From Bacteriovoracaceae bacterium (GTDB lineage Bacteria > Bdellovibrionota > Bacteriovoracia > Bacteriovoracales > Bacteriovoracaceae): a stretch of 43,210 nucleotides of DNA. Position numbers and translations under genes: made by a program. Below are positions 28,813 through 37,984 of this stretch, piece by piece. Location of the stretch: contig JBFGZE010000019.1 of assembly GCA_041586955.1 (NCBI GenBank), positions 1 to 43,210 on the forward strand, read 5' to 3'. Each line of letters opens with the position of its first letter. Within the stretch, counting starts at the first letter, position 1. The notes under the pieces were generated by a model. It had not been told where the DNA came from and did no database searches. It saw only the letters and a program-made list of their open reading frames with translations.

Positions 28813-29610
28813 ATGACCGAACCTGTATATTTAGATTTTGAGGGTGGCATTGGCACAATTACTCTGAATCGACCAGATACCCATAATGCCCTTGATGGGG
28901 ACACTATTCCCGCTCTCGTCGATGCTCTTATTCAATGTGAATTAAAGGATGATATACGAGTCATTATATTACAGGCCAACGGTCGCTCATTTTGCGCTGG
29001 CGGAAATATTAAAGATATGGAGAAACAGGAGGGAATGTTTGAAGGTGATTCATTCGCTCTTCGCCGGCGGTACCAATGGGGGATTCAAGAAATACCTCGC
29101 ACCATAGAACGTATGGATAAGCCCATTATTGCCTTAGTCCAAGGGGCTGCGATCGGTGCCGGTCTGGATCTTAGTTGTATGTGTGACATACGGCTTGCCA
29201 CTGATCAGGCAAAATTTGGCGAAACTTTTACCGGTCTTAACCTTGTTCCAGGTGATGGTGGAGGTTATTTTCTTAGTCGTGTGATTGGCCTGCCACGGGC
29301 GATGGAAATGACATTAACAGGTGAGATTATTAATGCTCAAAAGGCCCTGGAGTGGGGTCTCATCAACTATCTGGTTGCTAAAAGTGATTTGGTAAAAGAA
29401 GGACTGGCCCTGGCGCAAAAGATTGCCGCCCGTGGCCCTTATGCCAGCCAATTAAGTAAAAAGGCACTCAAATTATCATACCGTCAGGACCTTGCGACGG
29501 TCCTTGAAATGATGTCCACCTATCAAGGGATTACTCAACGAACAAATGACCATTTTGAAGGCCTTAAGGCCATGCGTGAAAAAAGGGCACCTGAGTTTAA
29601 AGGAGAATAA
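28813..29610 (+). CDS. Enoyl-CoA hydratase/isomerase family protein
   Basis: LNRPD..NAL, FCAGGN, GAAIGAG, LVPGDGG, EKRAPEFKG. Confidence 0.9.
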   Translation: MTEPVYLDFEGGIGTITLNRPDTHNALDGDTIPALVDALIQCELKDDIRVIILQANGRSFCAGGNIKDMEKQEGMFEGDSFALRRRYQWGIQEIPRTIERMDKPIIALVQGAAIGAGLDLSCMCDIRLATDQAKFGETFTGLNLVPGDGGGYFLSRVIGLPRAMEMTLTGEIINAQKALEWGLINYLVAKSDLVKEGLALAQKIAARGPYASQLSKKALKLSYRQDLATVLEMMSTYQGITQRTNDHFEGLKAMREKRAPEFKGE

Positions 29611-29613
29611 TTG

Positions 29614-29976
29614 ATGCGTTTCTTATTGATCGCCTTTGGTCTCTTTATTTGTTCTTGTTCTCGTACTCTTATCAAAAGTAATGGTAAAATTCCGATTTCC
29701 ATTCGGCCACAAGAGTACCACCAAACAAAAATTGAAATTGATCATGAAGTCCCCTTTTATTTATGGGGGAGTTTACCTTATCGCAATACTGTCTATCTAG
29801 ATGAATTATTGCAAGAGAAAGGTCTTCGCAGTGCTGCTAATGTTTCTATCACTGAATATTTAACGGGGTGGGATATCTTTCGGTCTATCATAAGTTTAGG
29901 ATTTTATACTCCTATCCATTATAAAATTAACGCCTTTGGAGTGAATAGTCGTGAAACTGATCGTTTTTTGCCTTAG
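29614..29976 (+). CDS. Bor/Iss-like small lipoprotein
   Basis: Lipobox-like ICSC; FYLWG...SLGFYTP pattern typical of Bor-family proteins. Start ATG 29614 or TTG 29611. Confidence 0.55.
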   Translation: MRFLLIAFGLFICSCSRTLIKSNGKIPISIRPQEYHQTKIEIDHEVPFYLWGSLPYRNTVYLDELLQEKGLRSAANVSITEYLTGWDIFRSIISLGFYTPIHYKINAFGVNSRETDRFLP

Positions 29977-30304
29977 CTTTATCATTCTATCGAGTTGTTC
30001 TCACCATTACTTGGTGAAAACAAGAGGCTGTAAGTCCTTTAAAGGGGATTGGTATATTGAGGAAGGAAGGGCGCGGGATTTCCGCTTTCGTGAACATATT
30101 TGGGGTAGGGGTTTTAGCTCTGAACAACGAGTTTGGTTAGTGGAAATGATTAAGAAAAAAGGTCTGCGCTGCGAAGATATTGAGGGCCTACATGTAACGT
30201 TTGAAAAAGACTTTGGAGATGTTTTTATAAGCCTTATTCCTGGGCTTAGCCGCCGTACTCTTGTGATTGAAGGTATCGGCAAGGTTCCTCTTGAGAAGAA
30301 TTAG
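29951..30304 (+). CDS. Small lipoprotein, possibly a distant Bor-like paralogue
   Basis: Lipobox LSSC; same layout as the upstream gene (IWG...V.L.E...KGLR...D.F.S.I). Confidence 0.55.
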   Translation: MKLIVFCLSFIILSSCSHHYLVKTRGCKSFKGDWYIEEGRARDFRFREHIWGRGFSSEQRVWLVEMIKKKGLRCEDIEGLHVTFEKDFGDVFISLIPGLSRRTLVIEGIGKVPLEKN

Positions 30305-32337
30305 GCATCGAGACTTTCAAGCAGACCTGAAAAGAAATTACTTTTATATTGGTCCGCTTCCTCTTCTGACATATGGCCGAAAGTTGTACGGTCTTGTTCA
30401 ATATAAAAATCTTCCAAGTCAATTAAAAAGCGAGATTTAAAGCGGGACATATTTTTACCGTAAATTTTGCGTTCTTTACAATAAGTCATAATAAGCTTTT
30501 CTTTAGCACGGGTAATTCCTACGTAGCAAAGGCGTCTTTCCTCATTAATATCCTGTCCTAGGGAAATCGTTTTTTTAGAAGGGAGTAATTCTTCTTCAGT
30601 TCCCACCATATAGACCTTATCAAATTCGAGTCCTTTTGAAGAATGCATGGTCATCATTGTCACTTCATTTTTGCGGATATCGTCGTCGTCCTCGTCGTCT
30701 TCCTTTTGGTCCTGACTATCTTGGAGTAATAGCCTTTCCACAAAGTTTTTAAGAGTGGCGTGTTTGTCATTATATTTAACGAAGCGCTCGGCGGATTCTA
30801 TAAAATGCATAATATCGTTTTTGCGGCGATCTGCCTGTTTGGCATTATCATAATTTTTTTCAATAAAGGCCAAGTATTGAATTTCTTCGACTAGGGAGGA
30901 AATTGCTTCGGGCAGACTGACTTGATCAAACTTTTGATGATAATGATCGATTAAGCGAGTAAACTCTGAGATATGCGCTTGTCTCTTGGGATCGACATCT
31001 GGCCGATCCTTCATCGCGGCATAAAGATGAGTTTTAGTTTCGGCCGCGTTTTTGAGATATTTTTCAAGCGTGGCCGTCCCAATTCCACGGTTGGGCACAT
31101 TGAGTATACGCCTAAGACTCATTTCATCTTTAGGATTGAGAATAACGCACATATAGGCAATAAGGTCTTTCACCTCTTTTTTCTCATAAAACTTTTGGCC
31201 GCCTAAAACTGTATAGGGTACCTGACTCATACGCAATTCATCTTCAAAAATTTGGGTTTGTGATTTATTGCGGTAGAGGATAGCGATATCTCCTAAATGG
31301 CCGCCACTGGATTGGTGTTGAACAATATCTTCAACGACAATCTGGGCCTCGTGGTCAGAATCGGCAGTAGACCATAGAATCGGTTTGTTGGCCGTTTTTT
31401 GACTCCATAATTTCTTTTCTCGTCGATTTGTATTTAATTTAATAACCTCATTGGCCAAGTCAAGAATCTCCTGACCGGAGCGGTAGTTTTGTTCTAATTT
31501 AACGACCTTGGCATTGGGGAATTGTTTTTCAAAGTTGAGGATATTACTAATATCGGCACCACGAAAAGAATAGATCGACTGATCGTCATCACCGACCACA
31601 CAGAGGTTTTCATGAGTGCTCGTTAAGGAAGTGACCAAGTCAAATTGCAGGCCATTGGTATCTTGGTACTCATCAATCATAATATAACGAAATTTTTCAG
31701 AATACTTACGGGCAATTTCTGGGAATTGTTTAAATAATTTTACCATTAAAAAAAGGATATCATCAAAATCGATGGCGTTAAAAAAACGCAGTTTATCTTG
31801 GTAGAAATGGTAAATAAACTCGCTGGCCGCATCATTGGGGGATTCAGGGTCCAATAAAGGACCTTCAGTAAATTCCTGTGGGCCAATACCGCGATTTTTA
31901 AGATAACCAATACGGGAATGAATAATTTTAGGATCAAATTTTTTGTCGGCCTTATAGTTACGCAATCCGTCTCGGATAATTCCTAATTGGTCTGAGGAAT
32001 CATAAATCGTAAAGTTTTTCTCGTAGCCTAAATGGTGGATTTCTTGACGTAGAATCTTAACACCGAGAGAGTGGAAGGTTGCCAAGCTAATACCCCGACT
32101 CTTACGCTTGCCAAGAAGTCCGATAACACGCTCGCGCATTTCTTTAGCGGCCTTATTGGTAAAACTGACTCCCAAAATTTCTTTGGGGTTAATTTCTAAA
32201 TTATCGATCATATGGGCGATACGATAAGTAAGGGTACGGGTCTTACCACTACCGGCACCGGCCAAAATAAGAACCGGTCCTTCAATGGTTTCTGCCGCCT
32301 GGCGTTGTTCTGGGTTCAAACCCGCTAAAGAAATCAT
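30301..32337 (-). CDS. SF1A DNA helicase (Rep/UvrD/PcrA family)
   Basis: LNPEQ, LAGAGSGKT, FTNKAA, DEYQDTN, VGDDDQSIYSFRGA, LEQNYRS, TMHSSKGLEF, EERRLCYVGITRA. Start moved to ATG 32337 (AGGA upstream). Confidence 0.95.
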   Translation of the reverse strand: MISLAGLNPEQRQAAETIEGPVLILAGAGSGKTRTLTYRIAHMIDNLEINPKEILGVSFTNKAAKEMRERVIGLLGKRKSRGISLATFHSLGVKILRQEIHHLGYEKNFTIYDSSDQLGIIRDGLRNYKADKKFDPKIIHSRIGYLKNRGIGPQEFTEGPLLDPESPNDAASEFIYHFYQDKLRFFNAIDFDDILFLMVKLFKQFPEIARKYSEKFRYIMIDEYQDTNGLQFDLVTSLTSTHENLCVVGDDDQSIYSFRGADISNILNFEKQFPNAKVVKLEQNYRSGQEILDLANEVIKLNTNRREKKLWSQKTANKPILWSTADSDHEAQIVVEDIVQHQSSGGHLGDIAILYRNKSQTQIFEDELRMSQVPYTVLGGQKFYEKKEVKDLIAYMCVILNPKDEMSLRRILNVPNRGIGTATLEKYLKNAAETKTHLYAAMKDRPDVDPKRQAHISEFTRLIDHYHQKFDQVSLPEAISSLVEEIQYLAFIEKNYDNAKQADRRKNDIMHFIESAERFVKYNDKHATLKNFVERLLLQDSQDQKEDDEDDDDIRKNEVTMMTMHSSKGLEFDKVYMVGTEEELLPSKKTISLGQDINEERRLCYVGITRAKEKLIMTYCKERKIYGKNMSRFKSRFLIDLEDFYIEQDRTTFGHMSEEEADQYKSNFFSGLLESLDA

Positions 32338-32357
32338 GTTCCTAACATACATACGGC

Positions 32358-32386
32358 ATGACAAGAAAACAAAGCCTTTGTATAAT
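32358..32386 (+). promoter_or_regulatory. Sigma70 promoter of the fumarase operon
   Basis: ATGACA-N17-TATAAT, near consensus, 37 nt before ATG 32424. Confidence 0.65.
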
Positions 32387-32423
32387 TCCTTTAATTTAAA
32401 GTGTTGAACAAGGATAATGCTCT

Positions 32424-33671
32424 ATGACAAAAAAGAAAATTGCTAAAAAAAAGGTTCTGAATAAGAAAAAGATAGGGAAAAAAGCAACAAAAAATGTTGC
32501 CAAAAAAACGGCAAAGAAAACGGCAAAGAAGGCTGCTAAGAAAGTGGCCAAGAAGGCGGCTAAGAAAGTGGCCAAGAAAGTGAATAAAAAAGTGACGAAA
32601 AAGGCGACCAAGAAATCGACTAAAAAAGTGGCAAAAAAAGCAACTAAAAAAGTGGCCAAGAAAGCGGCTAAGAAAGTGGCCAAGAAAGCGACTAAGAAAG
32701 TTGCCAAAAAAACGGTTAAAAAGGCGACTCAAAAATCAGCAAAAGATACCAATAAAAAAACAATCAAAAAGGTCTCTCAAAAGGCCAAACCTAATAATCA
32801 GCTATTTGATAGCATGCTAGAACTCATTCGAGTAACTTCAACTATTATTCCTGATGATGTTCAAAAAGTCGTTTTAGAGGCCCTGGATCGCGAAGAGGCC
32901 AATACTACTGCTGAGTATGCGATGAATATTATCAAGGCGAATATCGCTTTAGCGAAAAAGAAATCCCAACCTTTATGCCAGGACACTGGAACAGTTCTTT
33001 TTTGGGTGAATCACCCCATCGGTTTCGACCAAAAAGGTTTTACCAAGGTCGTTCATAAGGCAATTAAAAAGGCCACGGAAGTTGGTTTTTTGAGACAAAA
33101 CTCAGTTGATTCTCTGACTGGTGAAAATAAATGTATGAATGTTGGCCCAGGCCATCCTGATATTCACTTTCACCAGCATAATAAAAAAACAATTGAAGTG
33201 CGTATGATGCTTAAGGGTGGGGGCTGTGAAAACGTTGGTGCCCAGTACTCACTTCCTAATACTGCCCTAGAAGCTGGCCGTGATTTAGATGGTGTTCGTA
33301 AAGTTATCCTCGACGCAATTGTTCAGGCGCAGGGGAAAGGTTGTGGACCAGGGGTCCTTGGTGTCACTATTGGTGGTGACCGTGGCAGCGGGTATGTGAC
33401 TTCTAAAGAAGAATTATTAAGAGATTTAGATGATACAAATTCTCATCCCGACCTTGCCAAATTGGAAAAGGAGATTGTTGAGACGGCCAATAAATTAGGC
33501 ATTGGACCAATGGGTTTTGGCGGCAAAACGACTCTTCTTGGTTGTAAAATTGGTACATTAAATCGTCTCCCCGCAAGTTTCTTTGTGAGTGTGAGTTATA
33601 TGTGCTGGGCCTATCGTCGCCAAGGGGTCGCTCTTAAATCAGACAATAAAATCGCCAAATGGCTTTACTAG
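32424..33671 (+). CDS. Class I (Fe-S) fumarate hydratase alpha subunit with N-terminal histone-H1-like extension
   Basis: PLCQDTG, LRQNSV, KGGGCEN, GCGP...GG, LGIGPMGFGG, PAS...CWA.RR; first ~120 aa are KKxx repeats. Tartrate dehydratase belongs to the same family. Confidence 0.9.
   Translation: MTKKKIAKKKVLNKKKIGKKATKNVAKKTAKKTAKKAAKKVAKKAAKKVAKKVNKKVTKKATKKSTKKVAKKATKKVAKKAAKKVAKKATKKVAKKTVKKATQKSAKDTNKKTIKKVSQKAKPNNQLFDSMLELIRVTSTIIPDDVQKVVLEALDREEANTTAEYAMNIIKANIALAKKKSQPLCQDTGTVLFWVNHPIGFDQKGFTKVVHKAIKKATEVGFLRQNSVDSLTGENKCMNVGPGHPDIHFHQHNKKTIEVRMMLKGGGCENVGAQYSLPNTALEAGRDLDGVRKVILDAIVQAQGKGCGPGVLGVTIGGDRGSGYVTSKEELLRDLDDTNSHPDLAKLEKEIVETANKLGIGPMGFGGKTTLLGCKIGTLNRLPASFFVSVSYMCWAYRRQGVALKSDNKIAKWLY
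32430..32789 (+). repeat. Degenerate 12-nt coding tandem repeat (KKVA/KKAA/KKAT/KKTA)
   Basis: Repeated units such as AAGAAAGTGGCC and AAGAAGGCGGCT. Confidence 0.9.
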
Positions 33672-33681
33672 GGAGTAAATA

Positions 33682-34248
33682 ATGAAAAGACTTGATTATC
33701 CTTTTAGCAAAGAGGCCGTTCGCGAGTTGAAAGTTGGCGATATGGTCTTGATCACCGGTAAATTATTTACAGGTCGTGATGCCGTTCATAAATATTTACA
33801 TGAAGGTAATCCATCTCCTGTCGATCTTAATAACCAAATTATTTATCATTGCGGTCCAGTCGTTATTGAAGACAAGTTTGGTAATTATGAGGTGAAGGCC
33901 GCTGGTCCTACCACCTCAATTCGTGAGGAGCCTTATCAATGGGAAGTCATGCGTGATCATGGTATCGTCGGTGTGATTGGCAAAGGTGGCATGGGGCAGA
34001 AAACTCTCGATGGTTGTCGTGAATATGGTTGTGTTTATTTTCATGCCATTGGTGGTGCCGCTCAGGTTCTTGCTGAGAAAATTAAAACAGTAGATAATGT
34101 TTATCTGAAGGAATTGGGCTCACCAGAGGCCATCTGGGAATTAACAGTTGAGGAGTTTCCTGTTGTGGTGACTATGGATGCCCATGGGAATTCTCTTCAT
34201 GCCAAAGTTGAAGACCAAAGTAAAAATAAATTAAAAGAATTAATTTAA
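33682..34248 (+). CDS. Class I fumarate hydratase beta subunit
   Basis: LKVGD.V, TGRDAVH, YHCGPV, AGPTTS.R, IGKGGM, GSPEA.W, MDAHG.SL; GGGAG upstream. Confidence 0.92.
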   Translation: MKRLDYPFSKEAVRELKVGDMVLITGKLFTGRDAVHKYLHEGNPSPVDLNNQIIYHCGPVVIEDKFGNYEVKAAGPTTSIREEPYQWEVMRDHGIVGVIGKGGMGQKTLDGCREYGCVYFHAIGGAAQVLAEKIKTVDNVYLKELGSPEAIWELTVEEFPVVVTMDAHGNSLHAKVEDQSKNKLKELI

Positions 34249-34259
34249 AGGGTTGCTGT

Positions 34260-36200
34260 ATGGGGCCTCTGTGGAAACCGAGCGAAAAGCGAATCGATGA
34301 AAGCCAGATAACAAAGTTTAAGCGGCATATTGAGAATAAATTTGGCCAAACTTTTTCCTCCTACCAGAAATTGCACCAATGGTCGGTTTCAAATGGCGGA
34401 GACTTTTGGTGTGAAGTGATTTCTTACTTTGGTGTTAAATGGAGTGGGGAATTAGAACCTGCTTGTAACGATTTTGGATTTTCTCAATACGGTTGGTTTC
34501 CACAAACAAAACTCAACTTTGCTGAAAACCTTTTACAGGCCGGCGACCGTGAAGGCCTTGCCATTAACTTTGTTCATGAATCAGGACAGGGGAGTAAGAT
34601 CACTTATGGAGAGCTTTCTAAGAAAGTGGCCTCCCTACAGGGTCGTTTACAAGAGTATCTTGGTGCTGATGATGTTCTTGCTTGTTATATGCCGAATATC
34701 CCTGAAACAATTATCGCCATGTTGGCGACGACTGGATTAGGAGGAGTTTTTACTTCTACTTCTGCCGATTTTGGTGTGGAGGGTGTTGTCGACAGGTTTG
34801 GGCAATCAAAACCTAAAATTTTGGTTACCGTTGCCGGCTACGAATATAATGGGAAATATTATGATCTTATCCCTAAGATCAAGGAGATTTCTACTCGGTT
34901 AACAGGCCTTGAAAAAATTATCGTCGTGGACTTTCTAGGAAAAAAACCAGACCTATCCTCTATTGATCATGTTGTCGCTTGGGAGGATTTCCAATCCTCT
35001 CAGGAGGAAGTGGTTTATTATCAACGGAAATTTAGCGATCCACTCTACATTATGTATTCGTCTGGTACTACTGGGAGGCCAAAATGTATTGTCCACTCGG
35101 TTGGTGGAACCTTACTTCAACATATTAAAGAATTGGCGCTTCATACTGATGTCAAAAAAGGTGACAATTTATTTTACTTCACGACCTGTGGTTGGATGAT
35201 GTGGAATTGGTTGGTTTCAGGGCTTGCAGTTGGTGCCTGTGTCATACTCTATGAAGGGAGTCCGGGGAGGCCCAGCTTAAAGGAATTCTTCTCGCTTATT
35301 GAAAAAGAAAAAATTGATTATTTTGGCACTTCTCCTAAGTTCCTTAAAGCTCTAGAGGATAGTGGTTATGATAATGATTTAGAATTGCCCAGCTTGAAAA
35401 CCATCTTGAGTACAGGTGCTCCATTGCTCCCAGAGCAATTTGATTTTATTTACGAAAAAATCAAATCAGATGTCTGCGTGAGTTCTATTTGTGGCGGTAC
35501 CGACATTATTGGTTGTTTTATGTTGGGGAATCCTATTTTACCTGTTTATCGTGGAGAGATTCAATGCCTCGGCCTTGGGATGGATGTCGCATGTTTCGAT
35601 GAGCAAGGCCAGGCCCTCATTAATCATGAAGGAGAGTTAGTTTGTCGCCAAAGTTTTCCCAGTCGCCCGATTTACTTTCTGGATGATAATAATAATGAGC
35701 GCCTTAATAACGCATATTTTAATCGCTTTCCTAAAACCTGGCACCATGGTGATTTTATCACCATAACTGACCGTGGAGGAGTGCAGGTTTTTGGGCGATC
35801 TGATGCCACACTTAACCCTGGTGGGGTACGAATTGGGACGGCGGAGATTTATCGTCAAACGTCCCAATTGGCCTATCTCGAGGACTCTATATGTGTGGGG
35901 CGGCAAAAAGATGGAGAAGTTGATGTTGTCCTTTTTGTTAAAATGAAAGAAGGTGAAGAGCTCACTGATGAACGGAGGGTTGCTATCAAAACTCTTATTA
36001 AAAAAGGAACAACACCACGCCATGTACCGAGCGAGATTCATGCCGTTGGTGGCATACCTTATACTCGTTCCGGAAAAAAAATGGAGCTTGCAATTTCTCG
36101 GATTATTAACCGCAGGGGGATTGATAATATTGAGGCGGTTGCCAACCCTGAATGCCTAGATGCCTATCAATCTTTTATCACTGAAGCTAAACAGGCCTAG
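34260..36200 (+). CDS. Acetoacetate--CoA ligase
   Basis: LWKPS, LNFAENLL, YSSGTTGRPKCIVH, FTTCGWMMWNWL, SICGGTD, GRSDATLNPGGVRIGTAEIY, RHVP. Confidence 0.93.
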   Translation: MGPLWKPSEKRIDESQITKFKRHIENKFGQTFSSYQKLHQWSVSNGGDFWCEVISYFGVKWSGELEPACNDFGFSQYGWFPQTKLNFAENLLQAGDREGLAINFVHESGQGSKITYGELSKKVASLQGRLQEYLGADDVLACYMPNIPETIIAMLATTGLGGVFTSTSADFGVEGVVDRFGQSKPKILVTVAGYEYNGKYYDLIPKIKEISTRLTGLEKIIVVDFLGKKPDLSSIDHVVAWEDFQSSQEEVVYYQRKFSDPLYIMYSSGTTGRPKCIVHSVGGTLLQHIKELALHTDVKKGDNLFYFTTCGWMMWNWLVSGLAVGACVILYEGSPGRPSLKEFFSLIEKEKIDYFGTSPKFLKALEDSGYDNDLELPSLKTILSTGAPLLPEQFDFIYEKIKSDVCVSSICGGTDIIGCFMLGNPILPVYRGEIQCLGLGMDVACFDEQGQALINHEGELVCRQSFPSRPIYFLDDNNNERLNNAYFNRFPKTWHHGDFITITDRGGVQVFGRSDATLNPGGVRIGTAEIYRQTSQLAYLEDSICVGRQKDGEVDVVLFVKMKEGEELTDERRVAIKTLIKKGTTPRHVPSEIHAVGGIPYTRSGKKMELAISRIINRRGIDNIEAVANPECLDAYQSFITEAKQA

Positions 36201-36214
36201 AGTTCTTCTAGGCC
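36194..36214. terminator. Hairpin between convergent genes (probable terminator)
   Basis: GGCCTAGA-GTTCT-TCTAGGCC 8-bp stem overlapping the stop codon; weak U-tract. Confidence 0.45.
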
Positions 36215-36235
36215 AATATAGCATTTAAAATTGTT

Positions 36236-36880
36236 TTATTTACGACGGTCATTTTCCCATTTTTCAAGTGCCGGAAAGACTTCATCGAGAACCAGTTTAA
36301 CTGAGGGACGGTCCATTAATTTTCGCCCATACTCAACTAAATTTTGGTAATGATCGTAGGGGTAGAACTTTTGGCAATAGAAAAGTGCGGGAAAGGCCGA
36401 ACAGTCGGCCATGGTAAACTCATTACCCACTAAATATTCATTGTCGTCGAGTTCTTTATTTAGAGCGCGAAAACAAGTTTCGAGATAATATTTAGACTTT
36501 TCAATGAGCTTTTTATTTTGTTCTGCCTCTGGCTTAAGGCCCTGGAAAAAGATATTGCAGATAGAATCATTTAAATACAAATCATTCATGCGGTCGTAAA
36601 AACGTGTGCGGCGGCTAATCTCTGCCCCTTCTGGGATAAGGGCATTGAAGGGATAATTTTGATCAAGCCATTCCAAAATTATTGATGATTCTGGAATAAT
36701 ATATCCGTCTTCTAATTCCAATAAAGGGAGGCGACCAATAGGGTATTTTTCTCGATATTCGCGCTTCTCTTTGGGGTTGCTAAGATCCACCGGGCATTTT
36801 TCAAACTCCACTTCTTTTTCATATAAACCAATAAGCGTTTTCATGGAATAGGTGGAAAGGGGTGAATAATATAGTTTCAT
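36236..36880 (-). CDS. Glutathione S-transferase family protein
   Basis: MKLYY.P.S, P.GRLP.L, PESSII.EWLD, YLVGNEFTMAD; AGGAGG upstream. Confidence 0.92.
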   Translation of the reverse strand: MKLYYSPLSTYSMKTLIGLYEKEVEFEKCPVDLSNPKEKREYREKYPIGRLPLLELEDGYIIPESSIILEWLDQNYPFNALIPEGAEISRRTRFYDRMNDLYLNDSICNIFFQGLKPEAEQNKKLIEKSKYYLETCFRALNKELDDNEYLVGNEFTMADCSAFPALFYCQKFYPYDHYQNLVEYGRKLMDRPSVKLVLDEVFPALEKWENDRRK

Positions 36881-36954
36881 AGTGGCCTCCTTAAATTGCC
36901 TGCATTATATAGAAAAGCATGAAGATAGAGCAAATGGGTCCGGTACTGTCCACC

Positions 36955-36981
36955 TTTAATTTCGCACCTTCTTGCCGATAA
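36955..36981 (+). promoter_or_regulatory. Sigma28 (FliA)-type promoter
   Basis: Perfect -10 GCCGATAA at 36974-36981 with TTTAATTT 11 nt upstream. Confidence 0.5.
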
Positions 36982-36988
36982 GCTGAAT

Positions 36989-37984
36989 ATGAGTCGATAT
37001 CTATTTATAATATTTTCCTTTGCTTTAATTCTCGCCTTCACCAATTGCCAGAAACTAGGCCTAAGACGGCCCGCGGAATATTCTGCGAAGGAAAGTTGTT
37101 TGAAAGTTTTTGATTTTTTATTGGGGAAAAGGCCTGACGGCTACCTTGGAAGCAGTGCTTTTTTTGGGGATATGCAAAAGACCTTAAAAAAAATGGATTC
37201 AAGACAACGCCGCTTTACCAGGCGCCAACCTATGGTTTCCCAATTAATGGACCTGGGGTCTGGGGAAGATGAAGTATCTAAATCATTATATAATATTCTG
37301 AAAGATAATTTACTGAGTGGTTTGCCTCCCCGTGAACAAGATCACTTACTTGCGGTTGAACAAAAAATAATCATTCAAGAAGGACATTTCGATTCCTATT
37401 ATGAATTTTCTCTTAATGATAAAGTGGGGAATATTATGATTTCTGTTCCGCCACAGTTTATCAATACTCCGCTTGTCGACCTTTTAAAATTACATGAATT
37501 ATTTCATGTGGCCCAATATCGTGGCCTGAGAGCAGAAGGGCATTCTTTGAAAAGCATTGGAGATTTCTTACAATCCCAACAAGGTTTTTTTCTTGAAGAA
37601 ATGGGAGCGATGGCAATGGAGTGGAGCTTCATTAGTAAGCTCTCAACACAAGAAAAAAAATTGATTCTAAAAGACTTAAAAAACTTTTCGGCCGAGACAG
37701 AATCTGACAAATATTTTAAAGAATTTTTAGAGAAGAGCTTGTCCTTTAAGGGGAACCATGCAAGTGAGTACATTCAAATGAAACATCGCTTCGATATTTA
37801 TTCACGTGATATTACTCAATATATGGATAAAACCATGAAAAAGAAAAAGCGACAGGCAATAGGAGCACTTGTTGCTGCGGGAATGACATTAGAGATGGTC
37901 AATTATTGCTCAATGAATCGAGGTCAAGAATCTCAATTATATAAAATTCTATGTCTTAAGTATTTTTTCAGTGATAACCACTAG
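36989..37984 (+). CDS. Probable lipoprotein with HExxH zinc-binding motif
   Basis: Lipobox-like FTNC after a hydrophobic stretch; LHELFHVAQ and downstream LEEMGA. Confidence 0.65.
   Translation: MSRYLFIIFSFALILAFTNCQKLGLRRPAEYSAKESCLKVFDFLLGKRPDGYLGSSAFFGDMQKTLKKMDSRQRRFTRRQPMVSQLMDLGSGEDEVSKSLYNILKDNLLSGLPPREQDHLLAVEQKIIIQEGHFDSYYEFSLNDKVGNIMISVPPQFINTPLVDLLKLHELFHVAQYRGLRAEGHSLKSIGDFLQSQQGFFLEEMGAMAMEWSFISKLSTQEKKLILKDLKNFSAETESDKYFKEFLEKSLSFKGNHASEYIQMKHRFDIYSRDITQYMDKTMKKKKRQAIGALVAAGMTLEMVNYCSMNRGQESQLYKILCLKYFFSDNH

Noticed and set aside
30301..32337. Helicase as part of an anti-phage system (for example Gabija GajB)
   Set aside because: Full-length housekeeping Rep/UvrD-type sequence with no nuclease partner nearby.
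32391..32732. Antisense ORFs 32391..32732 and 32396..32707 (FLAT/FLGH repeats)
   Set aside because: Shadows of the stop-free Lys/Ala repeat on the coding strand.
32430..32789. Repeat region as a CRISPR array
   Set aside because: 12-nt degenerate coding period, no unique spacers, no cas genes.
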